Below are positions 47,988 to 56,770 of a DNA stretch of 60,871 nt, one piece after another (the first letter of the stretch is position 1; every line of letters begins with the position of its first letter). Source of the DNA: an uncultured Syntrophales bacterium (lineage in GTDB: Bacteria > Desulfobacterota > Syntrophia > Syntrophales > JACQWR01). Made by a program: the position numbers and the translations under genes. The DNA is taken from the NCBI GenBank assembly GCA_964614365.1, contig CAZTLA010000001.1, forward strand, positions 1 to 60,871. The letters run 5' to 3'. The notes beneath the pieces are model-generated. The model searched no databases, was not told where the DNA came from, and was given only the letters and a program-made list of their open reading frames with translations.

Positions 47988-49457
47988 TTATTTCAACAGG
48001 TAGGAGAATTTATCCCAGGCCTTCTTGGCCACCTCCGGGGTCGGCATGTTTACCCGCGGGAACTTGTCGCGCCAGGCGAAAGGGCGGCAGGCGTCAATAA
48101 TGGCGCGCGAATTCGTGAAATCTCGGGCTTCGCGACTATGCGGGCTGATACGGGGGTCAAGGGGGGTGCTCCAGGTATTCCGGATAATGTCGATGGAGTC
48201 GATCGGATCGCAACGGGTACTGACGGCCCACATGACATCATCGAGGTTGGTGACATCAATGTCATCATCAACAACGACGACGAATTTCCCGGCATAATCA
48301 CCCACACCGCACTGTGAGGCGATAAGCCCGGCCTGCTTGGCGTGCCCACCATAGCGCTGTTTGATGGACAGGGCGGTAAACATGCGCGAACCGCCGCACT
48401 CATGCATCCAGACGGCTTGCACATCGGGCACACCCGCTTTTGTCACCTGATCCCAGAGAAGCGCCGAGCGCATTACCGCCCGGAACCGAGAAATCTCGTC
48501 CGGCGGATGCTGGGGCGGACAGCCGTAGATAATGGGGTCGTTACGATGGTAGACGGCCTTGATGTCCAAAACCGGTTCGTTGCGGACGTCACTCGCGTAA
48601 TAGCCCGTCCATTCGCCGAAAGGTCCTTCCGGTTTCACGTTCCCTGGTTCAACAAAGCCTTCGAGCACAATCTCCGCATTAGCGGGGAACGGCAGTCCTG
48701 TAATCTTTCCCTTAACCACCTGAACAGGCTTGCCGCGGAGAGCCCCGGCGACGTCGTATTCGCAGATATCTTGAGCCAACTCCGTAGAGGTGATGAGAAA
48801 CAGGAGGGGATCGCCGCCGATGACAATACAGACCGGCATGGGTTTCCCGGCCGCCATGTATTTGTCGCGATGGATGCGGCCGTGTTTTCCGGGTGAGATG
48901 TAGAAACCCACGCTCTTCGCGTCGTGCATCATGACCCGGTAAGTGCCTGCATTTACCCAGCCGGTGTCCGGATCCCGGGTGACGTTGTAGGAACCGGTGC
49001 CGATATACCTGCCGCCATCGGCCTCGTGCCATAGGGGCGTGGGGAATTTGGCAATGTCCACATCATCTCCCCTCATGATGTTCTCCAGGACAGAACCCTT
49101 TGCCGCTACCTCGTAAGGGATCGGTTTGGCGGAGCGTTCGCGGTAAAAATCAAGGAAGGCGCGGCTGAGCTCGAATTTACTGAGGTCCGTGGGAAAACCC
49201 AGGGTCATATTCATGCGCCTGCCGCCGAGCAAATTCACCAGAATGCGATTGCCGGCAGGCACCCCGGGAACCTGATCAAAAAGGACCGCGGGCGCTTTTT
49301 CGTCATGCTGCAGAAGTTCCGCCGCCATGCCGATATCCTCCTGCCAGGTGGCGCCCTGCACCCGGCGCAACTCCCCCAGTTTATCGGCTCCATCCATCCA
49401 TTGTCGCAAGTCATCAAATGGTATGTGGTGCTTTATGCTTTTTCCTGCTTTCGTCAT
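47988..49457 (-). CDS. UbiD-family (prFMN-dependent) decarboxylase
   Basis: 489 aa. Contains PAVLFDQVPG, FPTPLWHEADGGRYIGTG, GKHGRIH, IVIGGDP, EGPFGEWTGYY and FVVVVDDDIDV. Confidence 0.85.
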   Translation of the reverse strand: MTKAGKSIKHHIPFDDLRQWMDGADKLGELRRVQGATWQEDIGMAAELLQHDEKAPAVLFDQVPGVPAGNRILVNLLGGRRMNMTLGFPTDLSKFELSRAFLDFYRERSAKPIPYEVAAKGSVLENIMRGDDVDIAKFPTPLWHEADGGRYIGTGSYNVTRDPDTGWVNAGTYRVMMHDAKSVGFYISPGKHGRIHRDKYMAAGKPMPVCIVIGGDPLLFLITSTELAQDICEYDVAGALRGKPVQVVKGKITGLPFPANAEIVLEGFVEPGNVKPEGPFGEWTGYYASDVRNEPVLDIKAVYHRNDPIIYGCPPQHPPDEISRFRAVMRSALLWDQVTKAGVPDVQAVWMHECGGSRMFTALSIKQRYGGHAKQAGLIASQCGVGDYAGKFVVVVDDDIDVTNLDDVMWAVSTRCDPIDSIDIIRNTWSTPLDPRISPHSREARDFTNSRAIIDACRPFAWRDKFPRVNMPTPEVAKKAWDKFSYLLK

Positions 49458-50496
49458 TTTCCCCTCCTCTATTTCTGATTATTGAAATATTTTTACAGTC
49501 GTCCTCATTGGCTCTACCTATCACAGCGCAGCCCATCTTTAAAAGTTTTGCTGCCGTTTTGCCCAAGATTTCCTCCTTTGCATTTTCCGGAAGGTCCAGA
49601 CTTCGCAATGCGGAAATATATGCCCGGAGCGCCCCCATACCCTTTCCCAAATTTGTATTCACGCCGGTAAAATCCTGGGGGTAGTCTGAGCCAAAAACCA
49701 GTCGATCCGGCCTGATACCGAGCAGGGCGCAATGCACGGCGACAAGGCCGCCCTCAAACCCCGCCGTGTTGAAATAAAGCAGGTCAAAGTATTCTTCAAA
49801 AGGACGATTGAGCGTTCCGAACCGGTACGCTTTAGCCATGAGCCGGTCTTTGACTGCCGCAATACCGCCGCCAAAATGGCCAATCACAAACTTAAGGCTG
49901 GGGAAGCGATCCAGTATTCCTCCGGCAATGATACGGGTAGCCGCAACGCAAAGATCCAACTCCCGTCCCAGAACCCGGCCCAGATCATAATCTCTGACAA
50001 GATTATAACCTTCAGGAAACAATGCCGGATGAACATAGATCGGCACATCAAGTTCCACTACCTTGGCATAGAAATCATAAAGCCGGGGAGAGTCCAGGGA
50101 AAGGCCCTCCACCTGGGCGGTAATTGTGACGCCACGCAAGCCCAGGTTCACTATCGCCCGCTCCAATTCTACCAGGCCCCCCTTTCCCCCCAGGACCGGG
50201 AGATGGGCGAGCCCCACAAACCTGCCGGGATACAGGCGTTGTAAGTCAGCCAGATCGTCATTTATCAGGCGACAATCCTCTAAGGGGGCATCCCATCCCA
50301 GTACACAGGAGAGCACCGAAACATCGACACCCGCCTCATCCATATCGCTCAGCTGGGCGTTCATGTCATAAAGCTTGGGATGCACCGTAAGACGACGGAT
50401 GCCTCCGCTTTCCACGAAGGTCACTTTATCCGATATCAAATTTTTTTTTCGCGCAAGCTTTGCCGGAATGTAATGGTGCTCAAAATCAAAAACCAT
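49414..50496 (-). CDS. Amidohydrolase_2 family protein (ACMSD/LigW-type metal-dependent decarboxylase/hydrolase fold)
   Basis: MVFDFEHHYIP (the HxH-type start), then ...PIYVHPA, GHFGGG and FGSDYP. I placed the start at ATG 50496, after GAGGAGGG. The 3' end overlaps the UbiD start by 44 nt. Confidence 0.65.
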   Translation of the reverse strand: MVFDFEHHYIPAKLARKKNLISDKVTFVESGGIRRLTVHPKLYDMNAQLSDMDEAGVDVSVLSCVLGWDAPLEDCRLINDDLADLQRLYPGRFVGLAHLPVLGGKGGLVELERAIVNLGLRGVTITAQVEGLSLDSPRLYDFYAKVVELDVPIYVHPALFPEGYNLVRDYDLGRVLGRELDLCVAATRIIAGGILDRFPSLKFVIGHFGGGIAAVKDRLMAKAYRFGTLNRPFEEYFDLLYFNTAGFEGGLVAVHCALLGIRPDRLVFGSDYPQDFTGVNTNLGKGMGALRAYISALRSLDLPENAKEEILGKTAAKLLKMGCAVIGRANEDDCKNISIIRNRGGENDESRKKHKAPHTI

Positions 50497-50563
50497 TCTT
50501 CCCTCCTCATAAAGAAGTATGCTAACCGTGTCAGGCAAGCACAAACATTTTTCACTGATGAAA

Positions 50564-51526
50564 CTATTTTTGGAGGAGAAAGTCTTTATATTTTTCTACT
50601 TCTTTAGCCATACCCTCCGTCGCTTGACGAAGTTTTCCGCGATTCATCGGGACGATATTCATGCCTGCATTCCGGGCCCAGTCTAAGAATTGCGGGTCGG
50701 CGGCCGCTTTGGTAAAAGCCGCTTCCAATATCTTTACTTTCTCAAGCGGCAGATGGGGCGGTCCGGCAACTCCATCAATACCGGCAATCGTCGTCATTTT
50801 CACCCCCAACTCCTTCGGGGTCGGCACCTGAGGAAAAGCGCCATCCCTTTCGTCGGAGAGAACAAGAAGGGGTTTAAGTTTTCCGGCCCGGACTAAAGGG
50901 ACGGCGGAAGGCATATTGGTAATAGAAAAATCTACGTGTTTACCGACCAGGGCTACAATGGAGGGACCGGAACTATCAAAATGGATGTGCCTTACTTCCT
51001 TTAACCCCAAACCGTTCGCTACGACGATTCCCGCAAGGTGCGACGATGTCCCATACCCCGGGGTGGCGTTTGCAAGGGGTTTCAGTTTCCCCGCCTTAAC
51101 AAACTCATCAATATTCTGGTAGGTATCGGACGGGACTACCAGCACCTGAGGGGCGACAAAACAGGAAAAAATCGGGGTAAATTCCGATGTCTTGTATTCG
51201 ACAGAAGCAAGATGTTCTCCTAAAATCATCGACGGAAGAGAAAATTGGCCAATCGTATACCCTTCCGGTTTGGCCTTAAATAATTTAGTGTAGCCGATAC
51301 GGCCGCCCGCGCCCGGGAAATTCTGGATCACAACACGAACCCCCAGGTATTTCTCCACATAGGGGATGATCCCTCTGGCCTGAATATCCGTCTTACCTCC
51401 CGGCGCAAATGCTACAAGAAAGTTTATCGGACCTTGCGGAAAATCGGATTTCTTTTCCGCACCCATCAGCTCTCCCGTACCAAAAAAGAGCATGACTCCG
51501 GCAATGAGCAGACTGATTTTCTTCAT
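50564..51526 (-). CDS. TTT-type (TctC) substrate-binding protein, orphan
   Basis: Contains MKKISLLIAGVMLFFGTGELMGAEKKSDFPQGPINFLVAFAPGGKTDIQAR... The start is at ATG 51526, after GAGGAGGG. The longer ORF start is upstream read-through. Confidence 0.78.
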   Translation of the reverse strand: MKKISLLIAGVMLFFGTGELMGAEKKSDFPQGPINFLVAFAPGGKTDIQARGIIPYVEKYLGVRVVIQNFPGAGGRIGYTKLFKAKPEGYTIGQFSLPSMILGEHLASVEYKTSEFTPIFSCFVAPQVLVVPSDTYQNIDEFVKAGKLKPLANATPGYGTSSHLAGIVVANGLGLKEVRHIHFDSSGPSIVALVGKHVDFSITNMPSAVPLVRAGKLKPLLVLSDERDGAFPQVPTPKELGVKMTTIAGIDGVAGPPHLPLEKVKILEAAFTKAAADPQFLDWARNAGMNIVPMNRGKLRQATEGMAKEVEKYKDFLLQK

Positions 51527-51684
51527 AAGGGTCCCTCCTCTAAATGAACTGCATGAAATCCCCCGCAATGTCTTCGGATCTGCCTCCGTCCGGTTGATTG
51601 GCGTTGAGTAGCCCGGTTTCTCCCGATATACGGTTTGATGCTTGTTTCCTCCGTTTACCGCCTGGCTTCCCAAAGAAGATCCTA

Positions 51685-53640
51685 TTACTGTGAGAACGAC
51701 ATCCGCGACAACTCTTCGGCAACTTCTTTGAGCCCCACGCTTTCCAGCCGCTGACGGGTCGGAACCCCATTGCCGTCCCAGCCTCTTTTTGCGTAATATA
51801 TTTGCAGCAGCTCTTCGAACGGTTTTCTTTCAATCTTTTTTCCCTTCTGAGGACCTGACGGCATCGGTTCAAAATATCGTGGAGAGGGAATATCATCCTT
51901 TCCCGTAATGCCTTCGCGGACGCTAAATGCTCTTTCAATTTGCCAACAGCGATCCAAAACTTGGTTGAATTTATCAACATTGGTCTTACGGCCAGTGACC
52001 ATTGAAACAAGTTTTGCCATGGCGGATAAATTTACCGATTCCTGGGCCATCCACTCTGTATTAAATTTACAGATCTCAAGTGTATCGGCGGCGCAACAAA
52101 TCATTTCACTTAAAATAACAATATCGGCTCTGACAGGGTCGTAAGCCTGGAAGTCCGTTGCCTTCGGAGATTTGAACTTCTTATCCCAGTATTGATCCTC
52201 AAACAGCTTTTTAAGCTCACTGTCCTCCCATACCGAATACGTTGGCATGCCCCGCAGATGGCAGGCGCCCCGTGTTGATACCGAGTAGTTTAAAGCCCTG
52301 CCCAGATCGCTTCGAAAATCCGTAACTTCGTCAAGCCATTTTACATTGTTGGCATACCGGGCAGCCTCATCGCCCTTTTTCCTTTCCAATTTCTGCAGGA
52401 AAATCCGTTTCCCCTCGGCCAATAAATCCCCGATATCCTCCCGGTACGCTATCTTGCGCACCAGCTCGACAATCAGCCCATGGTCCCCCCAATTCAATTC
52501 TATCCCGTTGGTGTCTTCCTTCGTGAGTATGCCTCGCTGAAAAAGCTCCATTGCAAAAGCAATCATGAGGCCGGTAGACATGGTATCCAGACCATATTGG
52601 GATGCCAGTTCATGACACTTGCCAATCGAATCAAGCCGCGGATTGTCAAGCTGATTGCCAAAACACCCGATTGTTCCCCACTCCATGCCTTCCGCAAAAG
52701 TCCCTGCATAGGGGCCTTCCTTAACGACAAAGCCATGCGCGCAGTGCATCGGACATCCAAAACAGGCTTTTGATTTGACAACCATTTTATCGACAAAGGT
52801 TTCACCGAAGATTTCACGAGCCTTTTCTGCGGGCCAGTGCGTATCCTGTTTATTGCGAATGCCCATTTCTCCCCGCTGATGCTTCGGCTCAATGAGCGTG
52901 GTCGTGCCATACTTGCTCCAACGTGGATAAACTGCCGATGCGTAAATCTCTTTATATAAATTTTTCACATGGTCGAGGTATTCCTTCATATGGGCAACCT
53001 TGAGCGAACCGGAACCGCGCACCACTACGCCCTTTAAGTTTTTGGAGCCCATTACTGCGCCCATGCCGCATCTTCCCGGCGCCCGATAGAGATTGGCGAT
53101 CGGACAGGCAAATCTCACCAGATTTTCTCCGGCAGGCCCGATAAGCAAAGTTTTTACTTCGAGATCGCCGATTTCATCCGTCTTTATAACCTGGTCCGCC
53201 TCAAAAACCGTTTTACCCCAAAGCATGGAGGCATCGCGAATTTCGATATTGCCGTCATCAATCCACAGGTAAACCGGCTTGGGAGATCTTCCGGATATTA
53301 CAACATGGTCATAACCTGCATACTTAAGTTCAGCGCCGAAATCGCCGCCGCAATTGGCATCGCCATGGATTCCCGTGAGTGGTGATTTGGCGGTAACGGT
53401 AAATCTACCGGTCCCCGGTCCAAGAATTCCGGTGAGCGGTCCCGTACCGATAATCAATCTGTTTTCCGGTCCCAACGGATCCGCGTTGGGGGGGACTTCA
53501 TCAAACAAAATCTTGGAATTGAGAGCTCTGCCGCCGAGATACATGTCTTTCCATTCTTCCGGAAACGGCTGCTTTATGATTTCGCCGTCCGTCAAGTTAA
53601 CTCTCAATATTATCCCAGCCCAACCACAGTCGCCTGACAT
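51685..53640 (-). CDS. Aldehyde:ferredoxin oxidoreductase (AOR) family tungsten enzyme, generic type
   Basis: Contains GWAGIILRVNLTDGEI, LGGRALNSKIL, DPLGPENRLIIGTGPLTG, KSPLTG and CFGCPMHC. The ATG at 53640 has the best SD spacing. Confidence 0.85.
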   Translation of the reverse strand: MSGDCGWAGIILRVNLTDGEIIKQPFPEEWKDMYLGGRALNSKILFDEVPPNADPLGPENRLIIGTGPLTGILGPGTGRFTVTAKSPLTGIHGDANCGGDFGAELKYAGYDHVVISGRSPKPVYLWIDDGNIEIRDASMLWGKTVFEADQVIKTDEIGDLEVKTLLIGPAGENLVRFACPIANLYRAPGRCGMGAVMGSKNLKGVVVRGSGSLKVAHMKEYLDHVKNLYKEIYASAVYPRWSKYGTTTLIEPKHQRGEMGIRNKQDTHWPAEKAREIFGETFVDKMVVKSKACFGCPMHCAHGFVVKEGPYAGTFAEGMEWGTIGCFGNQLDNPRLDSIGKCHELASQYGLDTMSTGLMIAFAMELFQRGILTKEDTNGIELNWGDHGLIVELVRKIAYREDIGDLLAEGKRIFLQKLERKKGDEAARYANNVKWLDEVTDFRSDLGRALNYSVSTRGACHLRGMPTYSVWEDSELKKLFEDQYWDKKFKSPKATDFQAYDPVRADIVILSEMICCAADTLEICKFNTEWMAQESVNLSAMAKLVSMVTGRKTNVDKFNQVLDRCWQIERAFSVREGITGKDDIPSPRYFEPMPSGPQKGKKIERKPFEELLQIYYAKRGWDGNGVPTRQRLESVGLKEVAEELSRMSFSQ

Positions 53641-53673
53641 CAATACATCCTCCTCTTCACAAACGTTATTTTA

Positions 53674-54204
53674 TCAACGTTTCCCGTAATAACGTTCATA
53701 TTCACTCCCCGGAATTTTCCATTTTTTTATTAATGATTTGGCCGTTTTTTCTACGGCTTCCCATCTTTTCTTTTGCGATAGGGCCTGGTCATGAGCTGAT
53801 TCCAAGGCCCCCGATGGACACCATGAAACGCATTGCGGGTCACCCGCACACAGATCACAAACAATCGCTTTATTGTTAAATGAATCTACGGATATCGCTC
53901 CAAACGGGCAGGCTTCAACGCATTGTTGACAGCCGGTACAAAGCTTTTCATCAATGTGCACGGCGCCATTCTGCTCTTTCTTGATCGCGGCGGTCGGACA
54001 ACTGCCGGCGCACAAGGGATTCGGACACTGCCTGCATACAAGCGGTATATCGATAAAAAACCGCTCCATTTTGACAATGTGTATCCGTGACCTTTTTGGA
54101 TTGAACTCATTATGCTTGGTGGCGCTGCAGATCAATTCACAAACCCTGCATCCCGTGCATTTTTCGGGGTTTATTCTTATTCTTTGTTCCAAAACCATCT
54201 CCAT
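53674..54204 (-). CDS. 4x[4Fe-4S] polyferredoxin (AOR electron-transfer subunit-like)
   Basis: Four Cys motifs: CTGCRVCELIC, CRQCPNPLCAGSCP, CTGCQQCVEACP and CDLCAGDPQCVSWCP. It lies immediately upstream of the AOR gene. Confidence 0.8.
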   Translation of the reverse strand: MEMVLEQRIRINPEKCTGCRVCELICSATKHNEFNPKRSRIHIVKMERFFIDIPLVCRQCPNPLCAGSCPTAAIKKEQNGAVHIDEKLCTGCQQCVEACPFGAISVDSFNNKAIVCDLCAGDPQCVSWCPSGALESAHDQALSQKKRWEAVEKTAKSLIKKWKIPGSEYERYYGKR

Positions 54205-54264
54205 CTCCCATTTGACATGACAGGTTCAAGCTGTTGATTCTCTTTTATGAACAGATCGCATTTT

Positions 54265-55518
54265 TTACGACGCGGCGTCTTTCGATAAGGCTTGCCGGGC
54301 CTCTGTGATCCATTCCGGTTGAGGTCCGCGCTGGAAAGGATAGAAGAGACGATGCCCTTTAATAGCCAGTGTGCGCATGAAGGAAGACCGCTGGGACAGT
54401 TCCCGGATGGAGTTATGAAACCAGTGATTGGGCAAATTCCAGGGACAGACTGCTTGGCAAATACCGCAGGTATGCCCGATCGTATCCCAGTAGCGGCGGC
54501 ACTTGTCGCCATCAAACGGCCACCTTCTCACCCCTCGGATCACTTCCGTCCCACCTGTGGTAATCGCCTTGCTCGGGCAGGTTTCCGCACAGATATTGCA
54601 CTTGCGACAAAAATCTTGCAGTCCAAAATCCACCGGTTTGTCTGTTGCCAGAGGCAAATCCGTGGCCACCGCACCGGGGCGGAAGTTGTTGCCGAACTCC
54701 TTCGTGACCACGAAGGAACATCGTCCTTGTTCTCCGATGCCTGCGTCAACAAAGGCCGGGACAACCTGATAGGGTGAGTTTTCGGAGGTGAGGGCCTTGG
54801 CAGGCCACCCGAGCGACCGGATAAACTGGGCCAGAATAACGGAAAGCAGCGAAGCATAGGTATATATCCAGCCCACCTCCAAATGTTCCGCAATTCCATC
54901 GCCTGTTGCCATCATCGCCCGGTTCTGGGGGATGGCCATGCAAATAATGTTTTTATAGTTTAAATCGACCGGCTTGCCATAGGGCTCCAGGGTGTAAGGT
55001 CGCGCGTAATGGGTGTACACCCAACTCTGATTGAGGGGCGTAATCCTTATGGTAGCCGCGCCCAGGTAACGGGCATAGGATTTGATAATTCGGGCTAAGG
55101 CCTGCGGGTCAGCGTTCACCTTTTCATCAATTTCCACCTTGTGGCGGGCGGAAACCGTTCCTTCCACAATTTCGGGAAGTCCCAAGACCCGGCGACTGTA
55201 AAAAACGGACGGCCCAAATTGGGAACCGATGGGATCTTCCTTTTGCCCACGGGCATGATCTTTGCTGCGGCGGCGCCTGTTCTCGTCGTCCCATTCCTTC
55301 AGTTCAGGATGACGGCCGTAGTATTCATTATACTCCATAGTTCCCGGAACGAGATAGGCCCGGGCCGTGGGATGGTCACGCTGGTCATATCGTTCCACCT
55401 TGCCCACTATTTCATAAGTAGGATTTTCCCTTTCAGGAGCAGGGTTGCCCTCATCCTCTTTGTAACGTTCTTTAAATCCAAGGATGGCATCCTGCTGGGA
55501 CAATATTCCTTTTTTCAT
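54265..55518 (-). CDS. Reductive dehalogenase (RdhA) family homologue without a Tat signal
   Basis: C-terminal FCRKCNICAETCPSKAI and CRRYWDTIGHTCGICQAVCPWN match the RdhA Fe-S pattern. Also contains GIGEQGRCSFVVTKEFGNNFRPGAVATDLPL. The N-terminus has no RRxFLK motif or h-region. Start options are ATG 55518 (good SD) or 55545. Confidence 0.7.
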   Translation of the reverse strand: MKKGILSQQDAILGFKERYKEDEGNPAPERENPTYEIVGKVERYDQRDHPTARAYLVPGTMEYNEYYGRHPELKEWDDENRRRRSKDHARGQKEDPIGSQFGPSVFYSRRVLGLPEIVEGTVSARHKVEIDEKVNADPQALARIIKSYARYLGAATIRITPLNQSWVYTHYARPYTLEPYGKPVDLNYKNIICMAIPQNRAMMATGDGIAEHLEVGWIYTYASLLSVILAQFIRSLGWPAKALTSENSPYQVVPAFVDAGIGEQGRCSFVVTKEFGNNFRPGAVATDLPLATDKPVDFGLQDFCRKCNICAETCPSKAITTGGTEVIRGVRRWPFDGDKCRRYWDTIGHTCGICQAVCPWNLPNHWFHNSIRELSQRSSFMRTLAIKGHRLFYPFQRGPQPEWITEARQALSKDAAS

Positions 55519-55552
55519 CTTTCTCCTTTTCAGATGTTTTGACATTCATCAG

Positions 55553-55852
55553 TCACGGGGCTTTTTTCTTGAAGAAATTCCTGACCCTTTCCCGTTTCCA
55601 GTCGGCGGATTTCAGCCATGCGTCCGCGGGCAGCAATTCCACCTCGGCAATGCAGCGAATCTCCGTTACGTCTTCCACATCAAGTCCCAACCTGGCGGCG
55701 ATCTCCAAGTCGGAGAGACAACTGGTTTCCCTTTGCGCCACGAGTCCGTCGTAATACTGGATTGCGGGACTCATCTCCAGTACCAGATGCTTGTACCTGT
55801 TGTAGAGTTCAGGCGAAAGATATTTAGCCACGTACGACATCTCCTCCTTCAC
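55553..55852 (-). CDS. Hypothetical small protein (99 aa) with a possible helix-turn-helix
   Basis: The ORF lies between the two RdhA/QueG-like genes. The segment LSDLEIAARLGLDVEDVTEIR resembles a sigma-region-4/LuxR-like HTH. I recognise no family. Confidence 0.4.
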   Translation of the reverse strand: MKEEMSYVAKYLSPELYNRYKHLVLEMSPAIQYYDGLVAQRETSCLSDLEIAARLGLDVEDVTEIRCIAEVELLPADAWLKSADWKRERVRNFFKKKAP

Positions 55853-55892
55853 AGTACAGGAATGTGATTCTTTATGCTCGATGCAGCAGCCT

Positions 55893-56750
55893 TCACAATG
55901 GTTCGGAATCTTTAATATTGGCCTTCAGATGACGCGCCTCCGCACAAACGGGACACCTCCGGAGGCATTCGCCGCATTGCCCCGTGGTGTTGGCGGCGGC
56001 AATAGTTTCCATCAGGCCATGACAAAAACTTCCCAGCAGGATGCTTCTTCTCGCCTCAGGATTCGGCTCAGCGGCAGCTTCCATGAGGAGTCTCTGAAGG
56101 GCGCCGGAGCCGAGGTTCTGCGCCCGCGTGGAGCAGATCCTCCGGTCATATCTCATCCACTTTATCCGCTCCCCCTCGATCTCTCCGGAAAGACACTCCG
56201 GACAGGTTTCCAGGCAGGGCGTCATTTTTTTTCGTTTCCACATCCTGATGCAGGCAGGATGCGGGCAGACCGGTTTTTTCATGGGGCCGTCGGCCTTGAG
56301 CGGCATGGCAGTAATGCAGGCGGAAAGGCTTAAAATTCCCAGCTCCTCGTTGAGAATGATGGCGGCCGCCAGGGAGCGCGTTCCCAGTCCGGCCATCTCG
56401 GCGCAAAGCTTAAGGCTCAGGCTGGGGTTGAGCCCTATCGCTGGAGGAATGCGTCCGATGGAATAATAACCGTATTTCGCCTCTATGAACTTAGCCGTAT
56501 CCAGGGAAATTCCCCAGCGGATGCGGGGAAAATCCCTGTTCTCATAATGGGTGCGGTAATCAGGGCTTTGCCATGCGCCTCTCGGTGCGAGGTGTCCGGC
56601 ATAGACGATTACGCTTTGAGCGCCCGTAAGTACGTCATTGGGACGATGGCCCGGCGGGGCATATTTGTTGATATCGGCAACAGAGGCGATGCCGACTTGG
56701 TTGGCGCCCCGCTTCAATCCAAATTGTTTGATTTCTTCCTCAGGCGTCAT
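55893..56750 (-). CDS. QueG/RdhA-superfamily-like Fe-S protein (epoxyqueuosine-reductase-like)
   Basis: MTPEEEIKQFGLKRGANQVGIASV..., LCAEMAGLGTRSLAAAIILNEELG, and Cys-rich C-terminal segments CPHPACIRMW...CLETCPEC and CGECLRRCPVC. I placed the start at the internal ATG 56750, 20 nt after the dctM stop. Confidence 0.5.
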   Translation of the reverse strand: MTPEEEIKQFGLKRGANQVGIASVADINKYAPPGHRPNDVLTGAQSVIVYAGHLAPRGAWQSPDYRTHYENRDFPRIRWGISLDTAKFIEAKYGYYSIGRIPPAIGLNPSLSLKLCAEMAGLGTRSLAAAIILNEELGILSLSACITAMPLKADGPMKKPVCPHPACIRMWKRKKMTPCLETCPECLSGEIEGERIKWMRYDRRICSTRAQNLGSGALQRLLMEAAAEPNPEARRSILLGSFCHGLMETIAAANTTGQCGECLRRCPVCAEARHLKANIKDSEPL

Positions 56751-56770
56751 TATTTTTCTGCTGCTTGCTC

